Below are positions 16,881 through 25,337 of a stretch of 55,446 nucleotides of DNA, piece after piece. How positions within the stretch are numbered: position 1 is the stretch's first letter; every line of letters starts with the position of its first letter. The notes under the pieces were generated by a model that was not told the DNA's origin, made no database searches, and saw only the letters and a program-made list of their open reading frames with translations. Position numbers and translations under genes: made by a program. The stretch covers positions 1-55,446 of the forward strand of contig MUGC01000005.1 in the NCBI GenBank assembly GCA_002900535.1. The letters run 5' to 3'. The DNA is from Thermoplasmata archaeon M9B1D. Lineage in GTDB: Archaea > Thermoplasmatota > E2 > DHVEG-1.

Positions 16881-17930
16881 ATGCTCATGGCATCATATAT
16901 TATTGACAAAAAAGATTTGAAAATTCTTCTAGATAAGTTTCTTAAAGAGTTTAAGGTCTATGGTCCAATAAAACCAGGTCTAGATTCATCTGTTGATGAA
17001 ATAAAATCAATAGATGATTTACATTTAGAATATAAATCAACTATTATTTCTCCTAAGAAATTTTTCCTTCCTCCAAAGGATACTTTATTTGAATTTAAAA
17101 TTCAAAAAGGAAATTATGAAATCAAAGAAATTGTAAATGATGAAAAGTTTATTTTATTTGGACTTCATCCATGCGATGTTAATGCTATTTTGAAATTAGA
17201 TGAGTTTTTTTCAGGGAAATTTAAAGATAAGTATTATCAAAATAGAAGAAAAAATTCAATTATTATTGCATTAAACTGTACACAACCTGGAGAAAATTCT
17301 TTCTGCAAATCTATGAATGCTGGTCCCTTCCTTTATAAAGGGTACGATATCTTACTTACAGATATCGATACAAAATATCTAATTGAAATCGGATCGGATA
17401 AAGGAAAAAAAATAATACAAGGATTAAAATTAAACATTGCTTCTAAAAATGATTTATTAAAAAAAGAAAAAAAATGTAAATTAGCCAACAAAAAAATAAA
17501 AAAAATTTTAGATCCAAATTGGCTTCCTAAACTTGCTGAAGAAAATCTTGACCACGAAATATGGATTGATCTTGGTGAACGTGGTGGTGTTGCTGGTTCC
17601 TTTCCTTGTTTATCATGCGGATCTTGCAGTCTTGTTTGTCCAACTTGCTATTGTTATGACATTTATGATACTGTAGATCTATCATTAAAAAATGGAAGCC
17701 GAGTAAGAGAACTTGATTCCTGTCAACTTCTTGAATATGGTCAAGTTGCTCTTGGAGGAAACTTTAGAAAAGATAGAAAAGATAGAATCAGGCATTGGAT
17801 GTTTTGTAAATTCGGTGCTGCAGCAGGGAGTAAAAACTCCAGTTGTGTCGGTTGCGGAAGATGCATAAGGGTTTGCCCATCTAAAATTGATATAACAAAA
17901 GTAGCAAAATCTTTATGGAGAAAAAAATAA
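16881..17930 (+). CDS. hydB: group 3b hydrogenase beta subunit-like Fe-S protein (HydB/AsrA family)
   Basis: 349 aa. Motifs FGLHPCDVNA, CLSCGSCSLVCPTCYC and CVGCGRCIRVCP are present. It is the first gene of a beta-gamma-delta-alpha arrangement like Pyrococcus sulfhydrogenase. Confidence 0.7.
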   Translation: MLMASYIIDKKDLKILLDKFLKEFKVYGPIKPGLDSSVDEIKSIDDLHLEYKSTIISPKKFFLPPKDTLFEFKIQKGNYEIKEIVNDEKFILFGLHPCDVNAILKLDEFFSGKFKDKYYQNRRKNSIIIALNCTQPGENSFCKSMNAGPFLYKGYDILLTDIDTKYLIEIGSDKGKKIIQGLKLNIASKNDLLKKEKKCKLANKKIKKILDPNWLPKLAEENLDHEIWIDLGERGGVAGSFPCLSCGSCSLVCPTCYCYDIYDTVDLSLKNGSRVRELDSCQLLEYGQVALGGNFRKDRKDRIRHWMFCKFGAAAGSKNSSCVGCGRCIRVCPSKIDITKVAKSLWRKK

Positions 17931-17931
17931 C

Positions 17932-18762
17932 ATGATGAATGAATATTATCCTAATTTTGCAATAATCAAAGAAATAAAAAAAGAAACTATCAATACAAAC
18001 ACATTTGTTTTAAAATTTACAGATCAAAAGATTGCAGACAAGTTTTCATGGAAACCTGGACAGTTTATGATGCTTAGCGTACTTGGAGTTGGTGAATCAG
18101 CAATTTCAATATCTAGTGTTGAAAACGATAATTCAATTAATGCAACAATTAGAAACGTTGGTAATGTCACAAATTCAATTTTTTCATTAAAAAAAGGTGA
18201 CAGCCTTGGTATGCGAGGACCATATGGTACAGGGTGGCCACTTGAAAAAATAATAGGAAAGGATATTTTAATTGTTGCCGGTGGAATGGGATTAGCACCA
18301 TTATATGGCGTAATAAATCACGTAATCAGAAATAGAACAGAATATGGTCATCTTGAAATTATTTATGGTGCTAGAACACCTGAAAATATGGTGTTTAAAG
18401 ACGAATTTTCCAAATGGAAGAGAATAAAGAATAGTACATTTTTTTTAACCGCTGATGAAATAACAAGGGAAAATCCTTTTGAGTGCAGAACAGGTCTTGT
18501 TACATCTTGTTTCCCGATGATGAAAACACATCATAGAAATGCAATAGCACTTTTATGTGGTCCTGAAATTATGATGAGGTTTGCTGCAAAATGTCTTGAA
18601 ACAATTGGTTTTGCTGATAAAAAAATTTACTTATCACTTGAACGACGTATGAAATGTGGAATTGGAAAATGTGGTCATTGTCAGATTGGTTTGAAGTATG
18701 TTTGTAAAGATGGGCCTGTGTTTAACTATGATGATATAAAACCCTTTATCCGACCGTTATGA
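17932..18762 (+). CDS. hydG: group 3b hydrogenase gamma subunit-like (FAD/NAD(P)-binding, C-terminal [2Fe-2S]; HydG/NfnA/SudB/PyrK family)
   Basis: 276 aa. Motifs PGQFMML, MRGPYG, AGGMGLAPL and the C-terminal MKCGIGKCGHCQIG..VCKDGPVF are present. Confidence 0.8.
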   Translation: MMNEYYPNFAIIKEIKKETINTNTFVLKFTDQKIADKFSWKPGQFMMLSVLGVGESAISISSVENDNSINATIRNVGNVTNSIFSLKKGDSLGMRGPYGTGWPLEKIIGKDILIVAGGMGLAPLYGVINHVIRNRTEYGHLEIIYGARTPENMVFKDEFSKWKRIKNSTFFLTADEITRENPFECRTGLVTSCFPMMKTHHRNAIALLCGPEIMMRFAAKCLETIGFADKKIYLSLERRMKCGIGKCGHCQIGLKYVCKDGPVFNYDDIKPFIRPL

Positions 18763-18776
18763 GGTGAAATTAAAAA

Positions 18777-19538
18777 ATGGCTAAGAAACCAAAGATTGGT
18801 GTATTCAAATTAACAGGTTGTGCAGGTTGCCAGATGGAAATATTTCGTATGGAAGATGAATTTTTGGATTTAATAAAATTATTTGATATTAGTTACTGGA
18901 AGATGGCTAAAAGGGATAATGATGATAAAGATTTAGACATTGCTCTAATTGAAGGTGGAATATCAACACCATGGGAAATTGAAGAAATCAAATGTATCAG
19001 AAAAAATACTAAATTTTTAGTTGCATTTGGCGACTGTGCAATTGGTGGTTGTATTCCAAGTATTCGCAATTGGATTCCTCAAATGGAAAGCGAAGAAATT
19101 GTTTATCCCGACCCATCAAAGATATGTTCCACCAAAGTACATGGTATTGGTGAATATGTAAAGGTCGATGCAGAATTAAAAGGATGTCCACCTCATCGAA
19201 AAACAATTCTTGAACTACTCAAATCTGCTCTTTTAAAAATTAGACCAAGACTTAGACAACATCCGGTTTGCGTAGAATGTAAATTTCAAGGTAATGCATG
19301 TTTGATTACCAGTAATAAATTGCCATGTATGGGACCTGTTATTAGTGGCGGTTGTGGTGCAATTTGTCCAACGCTTGGCAGAATATGTGAGGGTTGTTTT
19401 GGTCCAATGAGTAACCCAAACGCTTCTGCTCTTGCAAATATATTTAGGGACATTGGTCTAAATGATGAAGATATAAAACGTAAATTCAGGAAGTACTCAG
19501 GTATGAGCCCAGAATTTAGACTGGAGGCTGGACACTAA
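18777..19538 (+). CDS. hydD: [NiFe] hydrogenase small (delta) subunit, group 3b type
   Basis: 253 aa. It has the N-terminal KLTGCAGCQMEI motif and several distal Cys clusters. There is a 1-nt overlap with the large-subunit ATG. Confidence 0.8.
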   Translation: MAKKPKIGVFKLTGCAGCQMEIFRMEDEFLDLIKLFDISYWKMAKRDNDDKDLDIALIEGGISTPWEIEEIKCIRKNTKFLVAFGDCAIGGCIPSIRNWIPQMESEEIVYPDPSKICSTKVHGIGEYVKVDAELKGCPPHRKTILELLKSALLKIRPRLRQHPVCVECKFQGNACLITSNKLPCMGPVISGGCGAICPTLGRICEGCFGPMSNPNASALANIFRDIGLNDEDIKRKFRKYSGMSPEFRLEAGH

Positions 19539-20802
19539 TGACTGAGAAAACAATTAAAGTTGACTATATCGCACGAGTTGAAGGTCAAGGTGCAATTAGT
19601 ATAGATATAACAAAATATGGTAAAGTTGAAAATTTACAGTTTAAAATATTTGAACCGCCTCGTTTCTTTGAATCTTTTCTTGTTGGAAGAAAATATGATG
19701 AGGTGATGGAGCTTACAAGTAGAATATGTGGTATTTGTCCTGTTGCACATCAAATAACAGCGTTACGTGCTGTTGAAAATGCTATGGGCATAGTTATTAG
19801 CAATCAAACAAGAGATCTTAGAAAGCTTATGGCAATTAGTGCGCGCATATTCAGAGTAATGTTCTCAGCATGTATTTTTTAAGTCTACCTGATCTAATGG
19901 GTTATGAAAGCATTATTGCCATGGTGAAAGATCATTTGGATATTGTTAAAAGAGCTTTAATGCTTAAGAAACTCGGTAATGATATCATACAATTAATTGG
20001 TGGACGATCAGTTCATCCAGTTACAATGATTGTTGATGGTTTTACATCGATTCCTAGTAAAAAAAAGTTTGAAGTTATTAGAAAACGCCTTGTTGACGCC
20101 AAAAAAGTTGCTTTTGAAACCGTTGATATTTTCGCAAATATAAAAATTCCAGATTTCACTCGTAAATGTGAACATGTTGCTATTTCTAATTCTAAAAGTT
20201 ATGCTATAAACGAGGGGCGTTTAAAATCAACTGGAGGAATTGACATCGATGAGACAAACTATCGGGATTATATTTTTGAAAAACAAAAACCGTATTCTAC
20301 TGCTCTGCATAGTTATATTAAAAATCGTGATTCTTTTATGGTTGGACCCTTACCACGGGTTAATCTTAACCTTAAACAGATGTCAGATGATGCAAGAAAT
20401 ACTGCTGGAAATTGTGGTATGAAATTTCCTAATTATAATCCTTTTGTTTCTCATCTTGCAAGAGCAATAGAGCTAGTTCATGATATCGATGAATCCATTG
20501 AAATTATTGAGCGTTTACCACTAAAAGAGGAACATAGTACTCACATGTGCAAATCTGGTTTTGGAGCAGCAATAACTGAAGCCCCACGTGGAAGTCTATA
20601 TCATAGCTACGTTTTAAATAACAATGGAGTTGTCAAAAAAGCAGATATTGTTCCGCCTACTGCTCATAATGCATATAACATTGAAAAAGATATGAATGAG
20701 TTCGTTCAAACAATAATTGATGATCCATTGGATAAAATTACTTTAAAATGTGAAATGCTTGTTAGAGCATATGATCCTTGCATTTCTTGTTCTGCTCACT
20801 AA
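19538..20802 (+). pseudogene. hydA: [NiFe] hydrogenase large (alpha) subunit, group 3b type, split by a frameshift at (GC)3 19841..19846
   Basis: ORF 19538..19882 carries L1 RICGICPVAH. ORF 19870..20802 (-1 frame) carries C-terminal DPCISCSAH. The second frame is already open from 19840 as CAHIQSNVLSMYFLSLPD. 114 plus 310 aa sums to a normal alpha-subunit length. Confidence 0.8.
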
Positions 20803-20807
20803 TTTAA

Positions 20808-20978
20808 CTAATTATTATTCTTACGTTCATCTGGGAATTCCATGTATGGTGCATAATATCTAATAATATTTTTAAGCTGGTTAATTACTTTATTTTGTTC
20901 TTTTATTTTTGATTCCAGCTTATTTCCAATATTTTTTTCTAATAATGGTTAACATTCCTGACATTCAGGTCTACCCAT
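20808..20978 (-). other. degenerate small reading frame (56 codons with one in-frame TAA) ending in the YAPYMEFPDE motif
   Basis: The reverse complement reads MGRPECQEC-TAA-PLLEKNIGNKLESKIKEQNKVINQLKNIIRYYAPYMEFPDERKNNN-TAG. Its tail matches the C-terminus of 13700..14248 (KMVKMYAPYMEFPE). It is preceded by a 19-codon ORF (21042..20983) with a GGTGA Shine-Dalgarno. Confidence 0.3.
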
Positions 20979-21060
20979 AATATCACTCTAAGTCATCATC
21001 GGATATATAATCGTAGAATCCTATTATGTCTAGTGTTTTCATTTTTTTATCACCTACCTC

Positions 21061-21372
21061 CTACACATCTTCCCTTACATCTTCTAAAATTGAAATATGA
21101 GCTGCTATCTTGGATTCTCCATATCTTAACCTGTTGATAAGCTCCACTAAAGAAACCATAAGTTTTTTGTCAGTTATAACAAACGTTGCAACTCTTAGAA
21201 CATTTTTTATAAACGCACCTGAATCAAGTGCTTTTTCTGCATGAGTTGCAATAGACCGCATATCACCCTCAATCAACGCTTTTCCAATAGAGGACAATTC
21301 TCTTCTCTTATTATCAAGTACACCAATGTTTACAATCCCATTTTTTTTCAAACAAACCAATACCTGTTCCAT
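21061..21372 (-). CDS. hypothetical protein (103 aa)
   Basis: This is an ORF only, with no confident motif. There is a weak CMD/AhpD-like helix pattern (IATHAEKALDSGAF). Confidence 0.4.
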   Translation of the reverse strand: MEQVLVCLKKNGIVNIGVLDNKRRELSSIGKALIEGDMRSIATHAEKALDSGAFIKNVLRVATFVITDKKLMVSLVELINRLRYGESKIAAHISILEDVREDV

Positions 21373-21649
21373 TTTTCATTCCTAAGAAAAAATATCTCAT
21401 TCTTTACTTTTTTTAATCAATTTATATCATTTATGATATTATTTATGATAAATGTTTTATTTATACATATATTACAAAAAATTTCTTAAATATGTCAATA
21501 TTGATAATTTTTTTTTAAAAATTTGTATATCAATAACATTTTTGTAATTTTTATTTATTAATATTATCGACATAAATTAAAAAAGATTTATAAATATTGA
21601 TACTATTAACTATTATAAATAGCAATAATAACGAAAATTTGGTGAAATC

Positions 21650-22684
21650 ATGGAAAAATTACTAAATGATGAATTAAACCTGAAGATACTAAAAGATATT
21701 TGTTCAGGTCAAGGAATAGATGTAAATATTAGTGAACTATCAAAATTACTAAAAAAACACAGAAATACGATTCGTGATAGAGTTAATGCTCTGTTTAAAA
21801 ATGAGATAATAAACAGACCAACATTTCCATTTAACTGGCTATTTTCCGAATACCCCTTAATGGTCATTGCTAGAGCAGATTTACCACGTGATAATCAAAC
21901 TAAAAAATTTATTGAAAATGATCCACACATTTTTGCTGCTTTTTTTAAAAAAGATGAGATATATAACACTTTTCTAATAGAATATCATAAAGATATTGAT
22001 TCCCATCAAAGATGGAGAAATGCATTAGTCAAAGATGGAAAACTTCCACCAAGGGAAACTCGTTATCCTTCAGATGTTATGTATTTCAGTAACAAAAATT
22101 TTATAAAATATAATCCTGGACAGATGATGCAATTAATAGAAAACGATATAGGAGATCATAGAGGTATAATAAATAATTACAAATTAGATAAGTTATCTGT
22201 TCAAATCTTAAAAAAATTAGCACATGGTGAGGGGATTAAAACAAATGAATATTTTTTAGCTGAGAAACATGGCATTCATAGAAAGACTATTGAAAGACGC
22301 ATATCAAAACTTTTAGAGGAAAAAATCGTGTTGCCACCTGTTTGTCGGTTCCCTCGTTTGTTGGTTCCGCCTGATTATACCCTTGTTCTTTCATTAGTTG
22401 AGATCAGAAAGAATCCTGATCAGATTACAAATGTTTGGCAAGCAGATCCTCATATTTCAATAATTTTACCAGCTAGTACTGGTAGATATACTCATTTGTT
22501 ATTTTCTAGTTTTTACAGAGTAAAAGAACATTTAGCCTGGGATGAAAACTTAGATCTACGATTCCCTGGCTGTATTGGCGCTATATGGAATAAATATCTT
22601 TCCCCATCTATGATGTTTTCAATTGCGCAACAGTTCTTATCTTTAGAAATAATCGAGCTTTACCTAAAGCCTTTTGAAAGTTAA
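21650..22684 (+). CDS. putative transcriptional regulator with two Lrp/AsnC-type winged-HTH units
   Basis: 344 aa. It has two HTH segments (LNLKILKDI..ISELSKLLKKHRNTIRDRVNALFKNEII and LSVQILKKL..EKHGIHRKTIERRISKLLEEKIV), each followed by an alpha/beta segment of ~90-110 aa. It has the same architecture as 49112..50230. Confidence 0.55.
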   Translation: MEKLLNDELNLKILKDICSGQGIDVNISELSKLLKKHRNTIRDRVNALFKNEIINRPTFPFNWLFSEYPLMVIARADLPRDNQTKKFIENDPHIFAAFFKKDEIYNTFLIEYHKDIDSHQRWRNALVKDGKLPPRETRYPSDVMYFSNKNFIKYNPGQMMQLIENDIGDHRGIINNYKLDKLSVQILKKLAHGEGIKTNEYFLAEKHGIHRKTIERRISKLLEEKIVLPPVCRFPRLLVPPDYTLVLSLVEIRKNPDQITNVWQADPHISIILPASTGRYTHLLFSSFYRVKEHLAWDENLDLRFPGCIGAIWNKYLSPSMMFSIAQQFLSLEIIELYLKPFES

Positions 22685-22749
22685 TTTTTTTATATTACTG
22701 TGACTTGCCATAAAATTTATAAGCTAGTTATGAATATATATTCATAATT

Positions 22750-23556
22750 ATGAAAGACGAAACAACAATCAAATTGAATCTAGAAAAAAACTTAAAAAAA
22801 ATAAAACATAAAATCATAGTACTAAGTGGTAAAGGTGGGGTTGGAAAAAGTACAATATCAGCAAATCTTGCAGTAATGCTGGCAGACAAAGGATATAAAG
22901 TTGGAATATTAGACAGTGACTTGCATGGTCCTAGCATACCAAAATTACTTGGAATAGAAACTAAAAAACCAATGGTAACTGACACAGGCATACAACCAGT
23001 TTTTGCTATGCCAAATCTAGAAGTAATGTCGATAGCTTTTTTGTTGCAAGACAAAGATTCGCCCGTAATATGGCGTGGACCATTAAAAATGGGAGCGATA
23101 AAACAGCTCATTGGAGGTGTTGAATGGGGCAATTTAGATTATCTTATCGTAGATCTACCTCCTGGAACTGGTGATGAACCACTTAGCATATTACAAATCA
23201 TTAAAGATAATGATGGAGCAATAATCGTAACAACACCACAAGATGTTGCTCTTCTAAGTGTTAGAAAATCAATTAATTTTGTTAGAAAAATGAACGTACC
23301 AGTTATTGGAATAATTGAAAACATGAGCAGTTTTACATGTCCTCACTGTAATAGAACAATAAATATTTTCAAAACGGGAGGAGGATTAAAAGCTTCTATG
23401 GACTTAAATGTACCATTTTTAGGAAATATTCCATTAGATCCTGAAATTGTTGAAAAAGGAGATTTAGGTATAACAATCTTTTCTAAAAATAAAAAATCTG
23501 CTACTATGAATGCATTTATAGGTATTATAAAAAAAATTGAAGAAAAAAATAAATAG
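22750..23556 (+). CDS. Mrp/NBP35/ApbC-family Fe-S cluster carrier ATPase
   Basis: 268 aa. The deviant Walker A LSGKGGVGKST, DLPPGTGDE and CPHC motifs are present. Confidence 0.85.
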   Translation: MKDETTIKLNLEKNLKKIKHKIIVLSGKGGVGKSTISANLAVMLADKGYKVGILDSDLHGPSIPKLLGIETKKPMVTDTGIQPVFAMPNLEVMSIAFLLQDKDSPVIWRGPLKMGAIKQLIGGVEWGNLDYLIVDLPPGTGDEPLSILQIIKDNDGAIIVTTPQDVALLSVRKSINFVRKMNVPVIGIIENMSSFTCPHCNRTINIFKTGGGLKASMDLNVPFLGNIPLDPEIVEKGDLGITIFSKNKKSATMNAFIGIIKKIEEKNK

Positions 23557-23572
23557 GAGGTGAAAAAAGAAT

Positions 23573-23824
23573 ATGCCCGGTGGAGACGGAACAGGTCCTT
23601 GGTGGACTCAAAGAAGGGGGTGGAGATGCTGGTTACAATCATCTGGTTTTAGATTTGGTCAGCAAAGAAGATACTTGAGAAGATACCCTATAGATGAACC
23701 AGAAATTTTAACTAGAGCTGAGCAAAAAAGAGTATTACAAGATGAATTAAATAGCATTAATAAAGAAAAACATGAACTTGAAAAAAGAATACATGAATTA
23801 GAATCAGGTAAAGAAGATGCCTAG
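23573..23824 (+). CDS. DUF5320-like small protein
   Basis: 83 aa. It has the N-terminal MPGGDGTGPWW motif and a C-terminal coiled coil. This type is typically found next to Mrp, DUF134 and NifX-like genes. Confidence 0.55.
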   Translation: MPGGDGTGPWWTQRRGWRCWLQSSGFRFGQQRRYLRRYPIDEPEILTRAEQKRVLQDELNSINKEKHELEKRIHELESGKEDA

Positions 23825-24164
23825 ACCAAGACATTGTAGAAAAGTGGAATGCACACCAAATGTAATCTATTTTAAACCAGCAGGAATTCCAATGACAGAC
23901 CTTGATGAAATTAATTTAACAGTGGATGAGTTTGAATCACTCCGACTTAAAGATTTGGAAGGTTTTAATCAAGAAGAATGCGCTAAAAAAATGAATATTT
24001 CTCAGCCAACTTTTCATCGTTTAGTTATTACAGCTAGAAAAAAAATAGCAGATTCAATTGTTAATGGGAAAGGAATTAAAATAGAAGGTGGAAATTTTGT
24101 TGTATCATATCATAGGAAAAGGAAACATATTAGATATCATGGAAAAAGAGAGGTGCAAAAATGA
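23817..24164 (+). CDS. DUF134/UPF0251 family HTH protein
   Basis: 115 aa. It has the MPRPRHCRKV..P....FKP.G motif plus a sigma-70 region-4-like HTH (ECAKKMNISQPTFHRLV). Confidence 0.7.
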   Translation: MPRPRHCRKVECTPNVIYFKPAGIPMTDLDEINLTVDEFESLRLKDLEGFNQEECAKKMNISQPTFHRLVITARKKIADSIVNGKGIKIEGGNFVVSYHRKRKHIRYHGKREVQK

Positions 24165-24508
24165 AAGTTGCAGTTGCAACAGATGATAAAGTAAATATTG
24201 CTAATCATTTTGGAAGAGCATTAGGTTTTGTAATCTTTGAAATAGATGAAAATAAAGTCATAAATCAGGAATATAGAGAAAATATCGGTAAGCATCAAGA
24301 AGATTGTGGAAGCTGCGATCACGACACAATGATTAATAATTTAAGCGATTGCCAAGTGATTATAAGTTATGGAATGGGTAGAAGAATTTTTGCTGATTTA
24401 ACAAAAAACAACATACAAGCAGTTGTAACTGATGAAAAAACAGTTAAAGATGCAATAAGTAAATTCATCAACAACGATTTAAGAAATAGACTTGATAGGT
24501 TGCATTAA
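24161..24508 (+). CDS. NifX/NifB-C-terminal-like (dinitrogenase FeMo-cofactor-binding fold) protein
   Basis: 115 aa. It has MKVAVATDD..IANHFGRA..F.IFE and the later ISYGMG motif. There is a 4-nt overlap with the upstream gene. Confidence 0.65.
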   Translation: MKVAVATDDKVNIANHFGRALGFVIFEIDENKVINQEYRENIGKHQEDCGSCDHDTMINNLSDCQVIISYGMGRRIFADLTKNNIQAVVTDEKTVKDAISKFINNDLRNRLDRLH

Positions 24509-24512
24509 TATT

Positions 24513-25337
24513 CTATTTTTCTCCAAGTACCTTAATCATGCTAAGTATCTGACCATCTGTAAAACCCAAATGACCAATAGCTTGATTCAAGCAAGCTGCA
24601 GCACAAGAGCCACAACCTTTACAGAGTGCTTCATTTACTTCCGCTACAAGAACTTTATGTCCAAATCGATCTTTTTCAACAAGTTCAATCGCTTTATATG
24701 GGCATACCTCAACACAGAACCCGCAACCACGGCACAACTCTTCATTAACAGTTGCAATTGTCGCCTCAATTTCAAGCTTCTTTTTAGATAAAATATCGGT
24801 GGCACGTGATGCTGCTCCACTTGCTTGAGCAACTGTGTCGGGAACATCTTTTGGACTTTGGCAGCAACCGGCAAGAAAGATTCCATCTGTAAATGTATCA
24901 ACAGGTCTTAGCTTTGGATGTGCCTCTAAAAAGAACCCATCAGCACTCTGATTAATATTTAAAATTCGGGCAATTTCTTTTGAATCGTTACGAGGTACAA
25001 GACCAGCTGCAAGAACAACTAAATCTGCCTCAATATCTGGATGACCTTTAGCTTTTACAACAGCTTTAGCACCTTTTTGCTCGACTTTTATAGGATCATC
25101 AAGTTCACGGCGGCGATAATTAACATTTTCACCTTTAACACGGTTATAAAACTCTTCAAAGCCTTTCCCAAAAGCACGTACATCGGTATAATAAATTGTA
25201 AGATCTGCATCAGGGATTTTATCCCTGACCATATGAGCCTGCTTTGCTGTATACATACAACAAACACGACTACAGTACTCATTACCCTCTTTGTCACGGC
25301 TGCCTACACATTGAATAAATACAACTTTTTTACAAAT
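24513..25337 (-). CDS. hdrA: 3' segment (-1 frame) of the interrupted hdrA::gltD-like gene: HdrA C-terminal FAD-domain half plus 2x[4Fe-4S] ferredoxin
   Basis: The track ORF 24513..25256 begins MYTAKQAHMVRDK. The frame is open upstream to 25337 and reads ICKKVVFIQCVGSRDKEGNEYCSRVCCMYTAKQ, which is the conserved HdrA motif. It is colinear with, and partly identical in DNA to, the 3' end of 28095..29987. Confidence 0.75.
   Translation of the reverse strand: MCKKVVFIQCVGSRDKEGNEYCSRVCCMYTAKQAHMVRDKIPDADLTIYYTDVRAFGKGFEEFYNRVKGENVNYRRRELDDPIKVEQKGAKAVVKAKGHPDIEADLVVLAAGLVPRNDSKEIARILNINQSADGFFLEAHPKLRPVDTFTDGIFLAGCCQSPKDVPDTVAQASGAASRATDILSKKKLEIEATIATVNEELCRGCGFCVEVCPYKAIELVEKDRFGHKVLVAEVNEALCKGCGSCAAACLNQAIGHLGFTDGQILSMIKVLGEK
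25189..25333. repeat. 145-nt tract 100% identical to 28771..28915 (hdrA paralogs)
   Basis: Compared base by base by eye. The flanks drop to mismatched paralog-level similarity. The tract ends exactly at the frame break of the 25304..28123 gene. Confidence 0.85.

Noticed and set aside
20949-20951. Stop-codon readthrough of the in-frame TAA in the MGRPECQEC..YAPYMEFPDE mini-ORF.
   Set aside because: TAA is not a known recoding codon in archaea, and the frame is short. Decay of a gene fragment is the simpler explanation.
21495-21602. The perfect palindrome TCAATATTGA (21495-21504) and further TATTGATA/TATCAATA half-sites (21528-21536, 21594-21602) upstream of the regulator gene, as possible operators.
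   Set aside because: The spacer is almost pure A/T, so an 8-mer recurring three times is not clearly above chance. It is kept only as a note.
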